The notes below the pieces were generated by a model that worked only from the letters and a program-made list of their open reading frames with translations, did not search any database and was not told the origin of the DNA. A DNA stretch of 64,000 nucleotides from a virus (taxonomy: Duplodnaviria; Caudoviricetes). The stretch spans positions 64,001 to 128,000 of IMG/VR virus record IMGVR_UViG_3300035517_000383; one strand, written 5' to 3'. Position numbers and translations under genes: made by a program. How positions within the stretch are numbered: the first letter of the stretch is position 1; every line of letters starts with the position of its first letter. Positions 18,852-29,909 of the stretch are shown here, piece after piece.

Positions 18852-20597
18852 ATGAAGTATATACAACGAACAAAGACAAATATAGATAATGATTTTTTTA
18901 GGAATTTGTTAATTGATAGAAAGATTATTGATTCTTCTAGAGAAAGTTATGAAAATTTTATAAGACCTAGAAAAGATTTTTTATTAGAACCAACCCTGCT
19001 AGATAATATGGAAGAAGGTTTTAAATTATTTAAAAAACATTTAGATAATAATAGTACGATATATTTTGTAGTTGACTGCGACGTAGACGGCTTTACTTCT
19101 TCATCAGTACTCATTAATTATTTTAATGACAATTTGAAAGAAAAATATCCTAATGTTGAAATTCAATATCATGTACCAGAAGCAAAGGCGCATGGACTTT
19201 CAACAATTATGGAAAATTTTACTAATAAAAAGATATGTGATTTAATTATATGTGCGGATTCTTCAAGCAATGATTTTGAAGAGCATAAGATACTTAAAGA
19301 TTTAGGGTATGATATATTGGTTTTAGACCATCATATTACATCTCATTATAGTGAAAATGCAGTTGTAATTAACAATCAGTTATCAGAAAATTACTCTAAT
19401 AAGAATTTAAGTGGCGTTGGGGTTGTTTATAAATTTCTTCAATATTGTGATGAGCAATTTAATTTTAATAATGTCGCTGATAATTATTTAGATTTAGTTG
19501 CATTCGGTGAAATAAGTGATATGATGGAAATGACAACTTTAGAAAATAGATATATTTGTAAATATGGACTTGACCACATAAATAATCAATTTATGAAAGA
19601 TTTAATTGAAAAGCAATCATACTCGCTTGGAGATAATCTTACTCAAATTGGTGTAGCATTTTATTTAACTCCTCTTGTTAATGCTCTTATTCGAATAGGC
19701 TCTCAAACTGAAAAAGAAAACCTATTTAAAGCTTTTATTGATGGTCTTGAAATTGTTCCTTCTACGAAACGCGGCGACAAGGGTAATTTTGAAACAATTA
19801 GTGTACAGAGCGTAAGAAACTGCGTTAATGCTAAAGCAAAACAAAATAGAGAAAAAGAAAAAGCAATGGAAATTCTTGATATTCAAATTATTGAGAATTG
19901 TTTGGATGACAATAAAATATTAATTCTCAACGCTGATGAATTAGATGTTCCTAATTCATTGACAGGATTGATAGCAATGGGGGTTAGTGCTAAATATAAG
20001 AAACCAGTGCTGCTTGGTAGAACAAGTCCAGATGGATTTTTAAAAGGCTCAGGTCGTGGCCGTAATGGAAGCGAATTACAGGACTTTAGACAATTTCTTT
20101 TAGATAGTGGCTATATGGATTTTGCAGAAGGACATTCTCAAGCTTTTGGACAATCAATTAAAATTTCCAATATTGATAAGCTAACTAATTATGCTAATTA
20201 CAAATTGGCGGATATCAACTTCAACGAAGGATTCTATGAAGCTGATTTTGTTGTTAATGGCAGTTATCCTGCACTATCTACCTTAATTGAGGAAATGGAT
20301 AAAGGAAAAACTCTGTGGTCGCAAGGTAATGATGAGCCAATTATTATTATAAAAAATATTCAGGTTAATAAAAATGAAATTTCTATAATTGGCAAAAATC
20401 ATGATACTATAAGGCTTGTTTATAATGGAATTACTTATATAAAATTTAAAGCAGAAGAAATAATTAAAATGCTTGATAATATTAGTGATGATTTAATAAT
20501 TACAATTGCTGGTAGAGCAAATATAAATGAATGGGGCGGCCAGAGAAAGCCGCAGATATTAGCAGACGAGATGGAAATTATTGATGTTTCGTTTTAA
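18852..20597 (+). CDS. recJ: RecJ-like DHH ssDNA exonuclease
   Basis: DCDVDG, LDHH, SGVGV, GSGR, EGHSQAFG. Confidence 0.88.
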   Translation: MKYIQRTKTNIDNDFFRNLLIDRKIIDSSRESYENFIRPRKDFLLEPTLLDNMEEGFKLFKKHLDNNSTIYFVVDCDVDGFTSSSVLINYFNDNLKEKYPNVEIQYHVPEAKAHGLSTIMENFTNKKICDLIICADSSSNDFEEHKILKDLGYDILVLDHHITSHYSENAVVINNQLSENYSNKNLSGVGVVYKFLQYCDEQFNFNNVADNYLDLVAFGEISDMMEMTTLENRYICKYGLDHINNQFMKDLIEKQSYSLGDNLTQIGVAFYLTPLVNALIRIGSQTEKENLFKAFIDGLEIVPSTKRGDKGNFETISVQSVRNCVNAKAKQNREKEKAMEILDIQIIENCLDDNKILILNADELDVPNSLTGLIAMGVSAKYKKPVLLGRTSPDGFLKGSGRGRNGSELQDFRQFLLDSGYMDFAEGHSQAFGQSIKISNIDKLTNYANYKLADINFNEGFYEADFVVNGSYPALSTLIEEMDKGKTLWSQGNDEPIIIIKNIQVNKNEISIIGKNHDTIRLVYNGITYIKFKAEEIIKMLDNISDDLIITIAGRANINEWGGQRKPQILADEMEIIDVSF

Positions 20598-20650
20598 TTT
20601 TATTTAAAAAAATCAAGAATATATTATAAACAGATTTAAGGAGGATAATA

Positions 20651-21172
20651 ATGGAAACTAAATTAATGTATGTAGCCTTAGACGGTTCAATGTTCTGTTC
20701 TTCGGAACAGTGTGAAGCATATGATAAAAAGTTAAAAAAAGAGAATAAAGTAAGTAAAGACAATTTTTTTGATAATATTCGTATAATTTCTTTAGAACAT
20801 GATTTCTATGATATCAACAATAACAAAAATGGTATAACAATAAGTACACCTGAAAATTTTAGAGATTTTTTAAAAATGATAAATGGTGATATTACAGCCA
20901 TTTATTTTGACCATCAAATTTATCAAAAATTTTTATTAGATTTGTCTGAACAGACACAAAAAGAATATCAAGACAAAGAAAAAAATCTCTTTCGCAGTCT
21001 TAAAAGTAATCTTCTTTGCCACAGAATAACTAACAGTAATGCGATTATTTTTTATTACAACAAAGAAAAAGATTGTTGGGAAACTCTTGAAGATATTCTT
21101 GATAAGCAGGCGGCAATATATAAGCATTTTATAAAAATTAATAATGACATTATAAAATATGCAAAATACTAA
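20651..21172 (+). CDS. Hypothetical protein
   Basis: 173-aa ORF with GGAGG RBS. Confidence 0.7.
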   Translation: METKLMYVALDGSMFCSSEQCEAYDKKLKKENKVSKDNFFDNIRIISLEHDFYDINNNKNGITISTPENFRDFLKMINGDITAIYFDHQIYQKFLLDLSEQTQKEYQDKEKNLFRSLKSNLLCHRITNSNAIIFYYNKEKDCWETLEDILDKQAAIYKHFIKINNDIIKYAKY

Positions 21173-21270
21173 AAATAGAATATTAATATTTTATTCTAAT
21201 CATAAGATTTTACATTTTAAATAAATTATGCTATAATTATTATAGTAAATAGGAAAAGGAGAGAAAAACT

Positions 21271-21459
21271 ATGGAAGAAATAATTTTAAAAAGAACAGAA
21301 GAATGGAGAACAAATTCTGAGGAAGAAGCAGAAGCACTTATTAGAAAAGCAAAAGAAGACCCAGATAACGAGGGGTATGAATTGACTTCATATTCTTCAA
21401 CAAGAAAAGAAAAGAAAGATGACTTATATTATATTGTTAAGTTAGTTAAGGTATGGTAA
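21271..21459 (+). CDS. Small hypothetical protein
   Basis: 62-aa ORF, RBS AGGAG, promoter tttaca-17-tataat at 21209-21237. Confidence 0.7.
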   Translation: MEEIILKRTEEWRTNSEEEAEALIRKAKEDPDNEGYELTSYSSTRKEKKDDLYYIVKLVKVW

Positions 21460-21486
21460 TACAAAAATTTAAACAGGAGGATATTT

Positions 21487-21908
21487 ATGAAAATTTTAGT
21501 AGCAGGTAGTCGAGAATATAATGATTATGAAGAATTTCAGGATATGATGAAAATTTTTATATAATAAATATACTATTACTGAAATAGTTAGTGGTGGAGC
21601 GAGAGGAGCAGACACTTTCGCCATCTCTTTTTGTAAAAAGAATAATATTCCAATTAAAATTTTTTAAAGCTGACTGGAAGCTATATAGAAAACGTGCAGG
21701 ATTTCTTAGAAATGTAGAAATGCACAAATATCTTAAGGATTTCTCAGATAGATTATGCATATGTTTTTGGAACGGAAAGTCTAAAGGAACAACATATAAT
21801 TTTAAGTTATGCGAAAAATACAATACGCCATTAATTATATATGATTATAACAAACATCATGTTGTAAATGCTAGTGATGAAATTATTAAACAAGGTGAGA
21901 AAAAGTGA
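21487..21908 (+). pseudogene. SLOG/YspA (DUF2493-like) protein disrupted by two +1 frameshifts
   Basis: MKILVAGSREYNDY / EIVSGGARGADT / KADWKLYRKRAGFLRN..FWNGKSKGT lie in three successive frames. Confidence 0.75.
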
Positions 21909-22084
21909 GATTATTTGATAGAAAAAATGTTAGTAAGAGCAAAAAGATATGCAAAGTAAATTAATCAAATTGATAAACTATTAAATCAGTTTGAGAAAAG
22001 AAAGGAATTATCACAAGATGCAAAAGAATTAATTAATAAAATTGATGAGATTTTAGAGTAAAAAGAATAGTCAAGGTATAATCC

Positions 22085-22113
22085 TTGACTTTTTCTATAA
22101 ATTATGATATAAT
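22085..22113 (+). promoter_or_regulatory. sigmaA-type promoter overlapping a terminator hairpin
   Basis: ttgact-17-tataat. Confidence 0.8.
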
Positions 22114-22181
22114 ATATATAGAAAATAAATAAGAGATAGAAATTTTGGAAATCTTCATCTCTATTTTAAGGAGGGTACTAA

Positions 22182-25100
22182 ATGGAATTTTATGGAAGTC
22201 TGCATAACCATACCGACCGCTCAAATTTTAGACTTAGGGATAGTACGAACAGACTTGATGAACTTTGTTGGTATGCAGCTGAACTTGGACATAGATTTAT
22301 TGGAATTACTGACCATGAGACAATCAATACAGCAATAGATTGTGAAAAGGTTGAGAAAAAAATAAGAGAAAAATATCCCGATTTTAAAATAATTCGTGGT
22401 AATGAGATTTATTTATGTAGAAATGGTCTTACCAAAGAAAATTTTAATAAGGAAACTGACAAGTATTTTCATTTTGTGTTAGTGGCTAAGGACGCTGAGG
22501 GGCATAGGCAGATAAGAGAACTTTCCACAAGAGCATGGTTAAGAAGTTTTGAAGAAAGAAGAATGATTCGTGTGCCTACTTATTATCAAGATATTATTGA
22601 TATTATTGGAGCCAATCCCGGCCATGTGATTTGTTCTAATGCCTGTGCTGGCGGCTATGTGGGTCAATCTCTTCTGAAATATATGAGAACTGAAAACGAA
22701 GAAGACTATGAATATATAAAGGCTTGGATTTTAAGAATAGCAGAAATTGTGGGTAGAGAAAATTTTTATCTTGAAACCCAACCTTCCTTTAATAAGGAAC
22801 AGATTTTTGTAAATCAGCAGATTAAAAGAATATCAGAGGAAATTGATTTTCCAGTTATTATTACTCTCGATGCCCACTATTTAAAGAAAAGTGATGCAAG
22901 TATTCATAAGGCTTTTCTTAATTCACAGGGCGGCGATAGAGAAACAGAAAGTTTCTATGCTACAACATATATGATGTCAACAGAAGAAATTCATTCTTAT
23001 ATGGATGAAACAATTGGAACTGAAACAGTAACACAGTGGATGGAAAATTCAAAATTGGTTTATGATGTTTGCGAAGATTATAGTCTGATTAAACCACTAA
23101 AAATTCCTTATCTTCCTAAGACAGTCGATACAATTTCATTTGAAGAATTTCATCAGTTTGAGAATAAAATTAGGGAACTTTCTTATTTCTATCATTCGGA
23201 AGGACAACCTGATAGAGATATGGCCGCGGCAATTGTAAGAAAGATTTTGAACGACCCAATTCAGTATTCAAATGAAAAAACCTTTGCCGCAATTGATGAA
23301 TGTTTAACAGCAATTCGTCTTGCGTCAGAAAAACAGCATACTTATTGGAGTGCTTATCTTCTTAATATGAGAGATTATGTTAATATAATTTGGGAAAAAG
23401 GAAATTCTCTTGTTGGCCCAAGCCGTGGAAGTGGTGGTGGTTTTATACTATTGAATATTCTTGGAATTACGCAGATTAACCCAATTCTTGAAAAAGCTCC
23501 ACTTCGTGCATGGCGTTTTCTTAACCCAGAGCGTGTATCCCCTCTCGATATTGATACAGATATAGAAGGAGGAAAGAGAGCACAAGTTTATAAAGCTTTT
23601 CAAGATGAATATGGTTCAGATAGAGTTTCAAAAGTTCTTACAATTAGAACTGAAAAGAGTAAGTCTGCAATCCTTACCGCCGCGAGAGGTTTGGGAGTTG
23701 ATATTGACGAGGCTCAGTATTTATCTTCCTTTATTAAGGCTGACAGAGGAATGGATAGAACTCTAAAACAAACATTCTATGGTGACGAAGAAAACGATAT
23801 ACCAGCAGATACAAAGTTCCAAAAGCTTATGACAGAGAAATATCCAGAACTTTGGGAGGTTGCTCAAAGAATTGAAGGACTTTGTAATGGTGTTGGCTCT
23901 CATGCTGGTGGTGTAATTTTCTATGATGAAGATATTACAAACACAACAGCATTAATGGCTACAAACAATGGAGATATTGTAACTCAGTTCGACCTCCATA
24001 CTGCCGAAGGTTGTGGTCTTATTAAAATCGACTTGCTTTCAATTGAAGCACTCGATAGAATAAGAGCTTGTTTAGACCTGCTTGTCAAGTATGGTTATAT
24101 TAACGGAAAAGAAAAGACCTTAAGAGAAATTTACGAGGAAGCAATTGGAGTCTATAATATCGAAAGAGATAGTGAAAAAATGTGGAAAATGCTTCACGAG
24201 CATAAGGTTCAAGCATTATTTCAAATGGAACAGCAGAGTGGAATAAAAGGTATCGAATTAACAAAACCAACTACAGTTGAGGAATTAGCGGCTATCAATT
24301 CGGTAATGAGACTTATGCCGCCAGAGAAAGGAGCAGAACAACCACTTGATACTTTCGCAAAGAGAAAGAAAGATTCTACAATTTGGGAAAAAGAAATGAT
24401 TAGTTATGGACTTAATAACCATGAAAGACAATGGTTACATAGTTGGCTTGATACAAGTTATGGAATTTGTGAAACACAGGAAACTATGATGAGTATGTTA
24501 CAGGATAAGGAAATTGGTGGACATTCATTACTTTTTGCAGATAGAGTTCGTAAAGCTGTGGCAAAGAAAAAGCCAAAGGAATTCCTTGAATGTCAGGCCG
24601 AATATTATCAAACAGCAAAAGAACAAGGATTAAGTGAAAAACTCACTCATTATTGTTGGGATGTTATTTTTAGTAGTAGTAGAGGATATTCATTCTGTAT
24701 GGCTCATACACTTGCTTATTCAATTGTTGGTCTACAAGAACTAAATCTTGCATATAAATACCCTATTATTTTTTGGAATACAGCTAATTTGATAGTGGAT
24801 TCTGGCTCAATGAATTTATCTCAAGAATTTAATTTTGACGAAGATAATGAGGATGAAAAAATTGAAAATTCTTCTGCTGATTATGGACGTATTGCTGCGG
24901 CGATAGGTAAAATGAAAAGTAGTGGTATTAAATTTACCCTTCCTGATATTAATGAATCTGATATTACCTATTCACCAAATGTAGAAAAAGATATGATTAT
25001 TTGTGGGCTTCGTGGTCTTACGAGAATTGGTAATCAACTTATTTATGATATTATCAAAAATAGACCTTATACTTCAGTTGAAGATTTTTTGAACAAGGTT

Positions 25101-26099
25101 AAAGTCAATAAAGTTCAAATGATTTCTCTTATTAAATCTGGTGCATTTGACTCTCTTTATAATGGTAATAGAAAAGAAGCAATGCAAATATATCTTGAAC
25201 TTATTGCAGACAAAAAGAAAAGAATCACTCTCCAGAATATGCAAATGCTTATTAACAAGAATATGATTCCAGAAGAGCTAAATTTTGAAAAAAAACTTTT
25301 TAACTTTAATAAGTATTTGAAACAATTTAAAGAAGGAAATTATTATAGACTTGATAAGATTGCGATGAAGTTTTTTATTGAAAATTATGACGAAAATATT
25401 CTTGAAAATGTTGAAATTAATAATGAAGAAATGACTGCATTAATTAAACAAAGTATTTGGGATAATACCTATAAGAAAGGAATGGATGCAGTAAGAACAT
25501 GGATGAAAGCGAATCATAATATAATTCTAGATGCTCTTAACCAGTCATTACTTGATGATGTTGCTGAAAAATATACAGAGGGTAGTATTTCTAAATGGGA
25601 AATGGATAGTCTTAATTTTTATTATCATGAACATGAACTTGCTTCTCTTAAAAATATAGCTTATGGTATTGTTGAATATACAAATTTACCAGATGAGCCA
25701 ATAATTGATAGAGAATTTACAACGAAAGATGGACATGAAGTTGTTATTTATGAAATTAATAGAATTGCAGGAACTGTTATTGATAAAGATAAAAATAAAG
25801 GTATTGTAACTTTATTGACAACCTCTGGCGTTGTTACAGTTAAAGTTTGGAAATCACAGTTCTCTATATGGGATAAACAAATTTCAGCAAAGGATACAGA
25901 TGGAACAAAACACGTTTTGGAAAAGTCTTGGTTTTCGAGAGGTACAAAATTAATTATCACTGGGATAAAAAGGGACGATACATTCATTCCTAAAAAATAC
26001 AAAAATACAGAATGGCCGCTCTTTGAGAAAATTGAAGAAATTGATGAGAATGGATATATAACCAAATCATCAACAGAAAGAATTGAAATTGAAGAGTAA
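22182..26099 (+). CDS. dnaE: DNA polymerase III alpha subunit (family C)
   Basis: PHP HNHTD..ITDH..DAHY, GPSRGSG, FLNPER..DIDTD, HAGG, KIDLL, C-terminal OB fold. Confidence 0.95.
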   Translation: MEFYGSLHNHTDRSNFRLRDSTNRLDELCWYAAELGHRFIGITDHETINTAIDCEKVEKKIREKYPDFKIIRGNEIYLCRNGLTKENFNKETDKYFHFVLVAKDAEGHRQIRELSTRAWLRSFEERRMIRVPTYYQDIIDIIGANPGHVICSNACAGGYVGQSLLKYMRTENEEDYEYIKAWILRIAEIVGRENFYLETQPSFNKEQIFVNQQIKRISEEIDFPVIITLDAHYLKKSDASIHKAFLNSQGGDRETESFYATTYMMSTEEIHSYMDETIGTETVTQWMENSKLVYDVCEDYSLIKPLKIPYLPKTVDTISFEEFHQFENKIRELSYFYHSEGQPDRDMAAAIVRKILNDPIQYSNEKTFAAIDECLTAIRLASEKQHTYWSAYLLNMRDYVNIIWEKGNSLVGPSRGSGGGFILLNILGITQINPILEKAPLRAWRFLNPERVSPLDIDTDIEGGKRAQVYKAFQDEYGSDRVSKVLTIRTEKSKSAILTAARGLGVDIDEAQYLSSFIKADRGMDRTLKQTFYGDEENDIPADTKFQKLMTEKYPELWEVAQRIEGLCNGVGSHAGGVIFYDEDITNTTALMATNNGDIVTQFDLHTAEGCGLIKIDLLSIEALDRIRACLDLLVKYGYINGKEKTLREIYEEAIGVYNIERDSEKMWKMLHEHKVQALFQMEQQSGIKGIELTKPTTVEELAAINSVMRLMPPEKGAEQPLDTFAKRKKDSTIWEKEMISYGLNNHERQWLHSWLDTSYGICETQETMMSMLQDKEIGGHSLLFADRVRKAVAKKKPKEFLECQAEYYQTAKEQGLSEKLTHYCWDVIFSSSRGYSFCMAHTLAYSIVGLQELNLAYKYPIIFWNTANLIVDSGSMNLSQEFNFDEDNEDEKIENSSADYGRIAAAIGKMKSSGIKFTLPDINESDITYSPNVEKDMIICGLRGLTRIGNQLIYDIIKNRPYTSVEDFLNKVKVNKVQMISLIKSGAFDSLYNGNRKEAMQIYLELIADKKKRITLQNMQMLINKNMIPEELNFEKKLFNFNKYLKQFKEGNYYRLDKIAMKFFIENYDENILENVEINNEEMTALIKQSIWDNTYKKGMDAVRTWMKANHNIILDALNQSLLDDVAEKYTEGSISKWEMDSLNFYYHEHELASLKNIAYGIVEYTNLPDEPIIDREFTTKDGHEVVIYEINRIAGTVIDKDKNKGIVTLLTTSGVVTVKVWKSQFSIWDKQISAKDTDGTKHVLEKSWFSRGTKLIITGIKRDDTFIPKKYKNTEWPLFEKIEEIDENGYITKSSTERIEIEE

Positions 26100-26112
26100 A
26101 GGGAGGAATTAA

Positions 26113-27030
26113 ATGGCTTCAATAGGAATAGTAGATTTAGACCTTTGGTCTAATATTAAATCATTTCCCAATTTAGAATTAATGAAAGTTTATAATTATT
26201 ATTATAATAAAAACAATATAGTTAGAATGGTGCGGCCAACTGACCCATTAACAACTTTTACTCATATTTACTTTTTTAAAGAAAATCCTAATACATCAAT
26301 TTCAAAAAAAATTAATATGAGAATGGATAATAAAACTCTATATGGATATGGTTTCTATAAGAAATTTTTTCCTTTAAAAAATGAAATAAGCGAGGTGCCG
26401 CCGAGGTATCTCCCTTATGATTCTTTTGTGGAACGATTAGCTAATACAAAATCTTATGATACAATGAAACAGAGTTCCTATATAAGAGTGGAAAATAAGG
26501 ATTTTACAGACTATAAACCTGATAGAACAAATATTTATATTGCGGATTATGATTTTATTCATTTACAAGAATCTTTAGATTTTCTTTAGGAATATAAAAA
26601 GCATAATTTTAAATTCACTCATGGGTTAAAAATTGATAACGAAATCCTTTATAATCAATTTATTAGATATAGTAATCTATTTGATAGAAGATTATATATT
26701 ACTTTTAATTACTCTAAGGACTTTTTATTAGAAAATTATTATGAGAATATAGTGCTAAACATTAACAAGCCCCTAAATGAAATAATACAAATTATTTTAT
26801 TCTTAAAAAGTAAAGAAAATAGTAAGGCTATTCTAGAAAAAGTAAGTAATATTAATCAATTATAGGATTATGTCATTAAATGGGGTTATGCCGCGGCAAG
26901 AGAATCTTACTATGAATATTATAAGAAAAACAGGAACGCAATAAATCTTGCTGAAAAAAGTGACAGTAATATACGTCTACTTTTAAAGACAAAACCTAAA
27001 AACTATAAATCCTCAAATATTGACTTTTAA
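26113..27030 (+). CDS. Hypothetical protein (N-terminus resembles phage IGLID...FPNLALMK proteins); 2 in-frame TAG
   Basis: With TAG=Q the frame runs from 26113 to TAA at 27028-27030 and fills the gap. Confidence 0.7.
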
Positions 27031-27048
27031 GATAAATTATGGTATAAT
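27020..27048 (+). promoter_or_regulatory. sigmaA-type promoter
   Basis: ttgact-17-tataat. Confidence 0.75.
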
Positions 27049-27079
27049 TATAATACAAAATAAAGAGGAGGGGAAGATA

Positions 27080-27283
27080 ATGGAAAAAGATGTTTTAACT
27101 CAAATTTCTGAAAGATATGAAACATTGTGTTTTTCTTTAGAAAGAAAACACTCAGAATTAGAGCAACTGAAAGTTGATATTTTTACACATAACCCTAAAT
27201 TTCAAAAATTAATTACAGAAATTACGCAATTAGAAAATGAGAAAAATGATTTGGAGGATTTAATGAATGGAAGAAAAGATTAA
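27080..27283 (+). CDS. Small coiled-coil hypothetical protein
   Basis: ATG at 27080 after GAGGAGG. Confidence 0.65.
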   Translation: MEKDVLTQISERYETLCFSLERKHSELEQLKVDIFTHNPKFQKLITEITQLENEKNDLEDLMNGRKD

Positions 27284-28016
27284 TCAACAAGACATAATAT
27301 CAATTTATAATGAAGATGGAACACTAAAAACTAAAGAAGAGTTTCTTAATCTTGTTGGACAAACCTATGATGTAATGCTAGAGGAAGAAAGTAAAAATAT
27401 AGATATTTTTGAAGAACTTACTAATTCTGAAAATCATATAGATGTAGAACAAACTCTTGAAACTTTTGATTTTATTGAACGTTCAATTTTTATTCAGGCA
27501 GAAATTACTCCAGACCATGCAAATCAAGTTTTTGAATTAATTAAATTTTGGAATAAAATTGATTCAGTCAATCAAACCCCAGTTGAAGAAAGAATTCCAA
27601 TAAAAATTTATATTAATACACCAGGTGGCGACCTTAATGCAGTATTTAGTATAATTAGTTCTATTAAAATTTCTCAAACACCAGTTCATACAATTACAAT
27701 TGGTACTGGATATAGCGGTGGATTCTTTATTGGAATTTGCGGTCATAAAAGATTTGCTTATCCTTATAGTTCGTTCCTTTTTCATGAAGGATGCTCAGCA
27801 AACGAAGGTGACGCACATAAGTTTATTCAGAATGCAGAGTTCTATAAAACTCAATTATCTATTTTAAAAAAGATTACAATTGATAATACAAAGATTAAAG
27901 AAACAAAATATGACAAACATCGCAAAGATGACTGGTATTTTGATGCTGAGGAAGCTTTAAAATATGGAGTCATTGATGAAATTATTACAAATTTTGATAA
28001 ACAAGGAGAGATATAA
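27267..28016 (+). CDS. clpP: ClpP-like serine protease
   Basis: IYINTPGG, GYSGG (Ser), LFHEG (His), DWYFDAEEALKYGVIDEI. Confidence 0.85.
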   Translation: MEEKINQQDIISIYNEDGTLKTKEEFLNLVGQTYDVMLEEESKNIDIFEELTNSENHIDVEQTLETFDFIERSIFIQAEITPDHANQVFELIKFWNKIDSVNQTPVEERIPIKIYINTPGGDLNAVFSIISSIKISQTPVHTITIGTGYSGGFFIGICGHKRFAYPYSSFLFHEGCSANEGDAHKFIQNAEFYKTQLSILKKITIDNTKIKETKYDKHRKDDWYFDAEEALKYGVIDEIITNFDKQGEI

Positions 28017-28018
28017 GA

Positions 28019-28813
28019 ATGAAGAATGAAATTAGAGATACTTTTAAAAAGATAGCTAGCACATCTGGTAGTGATGGTACTATAGAACAGTTTATGGCAA
28101 TTCTGGATTTACCAGATGAAAAATTTGATAGTGTTTATCCAACTTTTAAAGAAAAACTTTCAGAGATTTTTGAATCAAGTTCTTTTCAGAAAGAAGTTCT
28201 AGATAATATTAATATGAACCCCAATATTAATATTGAAGAAGAGAGCGCAGCGATAAAGGAATTTATTGCGGAAATTAAAGCTGATGATTCATTGTCAGAC
28301 AATAAGAAAGATATGTTGATTACTTTAATTGATAAATCTCTTCTTTCTGTTTATGAACTCGTTAAAAACCCTAGAGAACGTATTTCAGTTAAGATTCAGA
28401 AGATTAGTGAAGATGCAGTTATTCCTACTTATGCTCATGATTCTGATGCTGGCTGTGATGTTTATGCAATTGAAGAAACAGTTCTTAAGCCTCATGAAAC
28501 AGTCCTTGTTAAAACGGGTATTAAAGTTGGTATTCCTCTCGGCTACGAGTTGCAGCTAAGACCTCGCAGTGGAACAAGTTTAAAAACAAATATAAGAATT
28601 GCAAATACACCGGGCACCATTGATGCTAACTATCGTGGAGAGGTTGGCGTTATCTGTACTAATACTGGTAATCTCTCTTATACAATTAACAAGGGAGATA
28701 AAATTGCTCAGATGATTATTGCTAAGTCACCTATGATTAAGTGGGAGGAAGTTACTGAACTTGATGAAACAGATAGAGCAGAAAATGGTTTTGGTAGTTC
28801 AGATAATAAGTAA
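28019..28813 (+). CDS. dut: Trimeric dUTPase with ~120-aa N-terminal extension
   Basis: AGCD, RPRSG, GTIDANYRGE, IAQ, RAENGFGSS. Confidence 0.92.
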   Translation: MKNEIRDTFKKIASTSGSDGTIEQFMAILDLPDEKFDSVYPTFKEKLSEIFESSSFQKEVLDNINMNPNINIEEESAAIKEFIAEIKADDSLSDNKKDMLITLIDKSLLSVYELVKNPRERISVKIQKISEDAVIPTYAHDSDAGCDVYAIEETVLKPHETVLVKTGIKVGIPLGYELQLRPRSGTSLKTNIRIANTPGTIDANYRGEVGVICTNTGNLSYTINKGDKIAQMIIAKSPMIKWEEVTELDETDRAENGFGSSDNK

Positions 28814-28815
28814 TT

Positions 28816-29541
28816 ATGGCAAACAAAATTAAATTTGAAGATGTAAAATAGGATATAGAGAAAAATGGTTGGCTATTAAAGTCAACCGAATATCTTAATT
28901 TAAAAACAGATTTATTGGTTGAATGTCCAGAAGGTCATGAATGTCATGTATCCTATGAGAAGTGGCGGCGAAAGAACTATGAGTGTCCAACTTGTAAAAA
29001 CAATCCTTATGCCCATAGTGATAATATTGTAGTAAAGAAAACTGGTTTTAGAATTCTTGCTTTAGATTAGGCATCAATTACAAGTGGTTGGGCAATATTT
29101 GATGATGGAAAATTAATTAAATTTGGTAAATGGACCTCAGATGGAAATAAAAGTACAGAAAGAATTGCAAAGACTAAATACTGGGTAGCCTCTATGATTG
29201 ATAAATGGAGGCCAGACCAAGTAGTACTTGAAGACATATAGCTTCAAAAGTTTGATAGTGGACAAGAAGGTGTTACTACTTTTAAGAAACTTGCTCATTT
29301 ACAGGGGGTTTTAAAAAATTATTTCTATGAATTGGGCTTACCTTATAAAGTCGTGCCGCCGTCAACATGGAGAGCTTTTAGTGAGATTAAAGGAAAAACT
29401 CGTTCAGATAAAAAGAAAAACGCTCAAATTAAAGTTAAGCGTTTTTATGATATAAGTGTAGACAATGATACAGCAGATGCAATTCTAATAGGTCACTGGG
29501 CAGTGCATGATAATGAAAGCAATAAAATAATTGAATTTTAA
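28816..29541 (+). CDS. ruvC: RuvC-like Holliday junction resolvase with N-terminal Zn ribbon; 3 in-frame TAG
   Basis: With TAG=Q: CPEGH..CPTC, ILALDQASITSGWA, VVLEDIQ, PSTWR, DNDTADAILIG. Confidence 0.85.
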
Positions 29542-29575
29542 AAAGGGAGCAGAATAATCTGTTCCCTTTTCTTTT
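29542..29575. terminator. Bidirectional terminator between converging modules
   Basis: aaaagggagcaga-ataa-tctgttcccttttc, A-run before and T-run after. Confidence 0.75.
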
Positions 29576-29909
29576 ACATTGATTTTAATTTGTCTATATG
29601 TCTTTTAATTATATCCTTTTCAGCACGAGTGCCAGTATAATTATAAAGTTCATAAATTAATTTATCTATATGGTCCATAATTTTATTAATCTGCTCATCT
29701 TGACTTTCAGTTAAAAAATGTTCGCCATGAACTTCTTCTGATTCTACCCAATCTTCATATTTCTTAGCCTTAACTTCATAATAATGGGCCTCTTTAATAT
29801 CTTTATAAATATCTATTAGTTTATAGGTAGTATCAAGATTAGAAGATGTTAAACCTTTATCCCCAATGTTTTCGAGTTCCTTACAAACTCTTTCTTCAAG
29901 TCTCTGCAT
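29574..29909 (-). CDS. Hypothetical protein
   Basis: ORF-track gene; best RBS (AAGGAG) points to MQRLEE start. Confidence 0.7.
   Translation of the reverse strand: MQRLEERVCKELENIGDKGLTSSNLDTTYKLIDIYKDIKEAHYYEVKAKKYEDWVESEEVHGEHFLTESQDEQINKIMDHIDKLIYELYNYTGTRAEKDIIKRHIDKLKSM

Noticed and set aside
21905-22061. Possible tiny ORF(s) before dnaE
   Set aside because: Interrupted by TAA in the plausible frames; too short to support.
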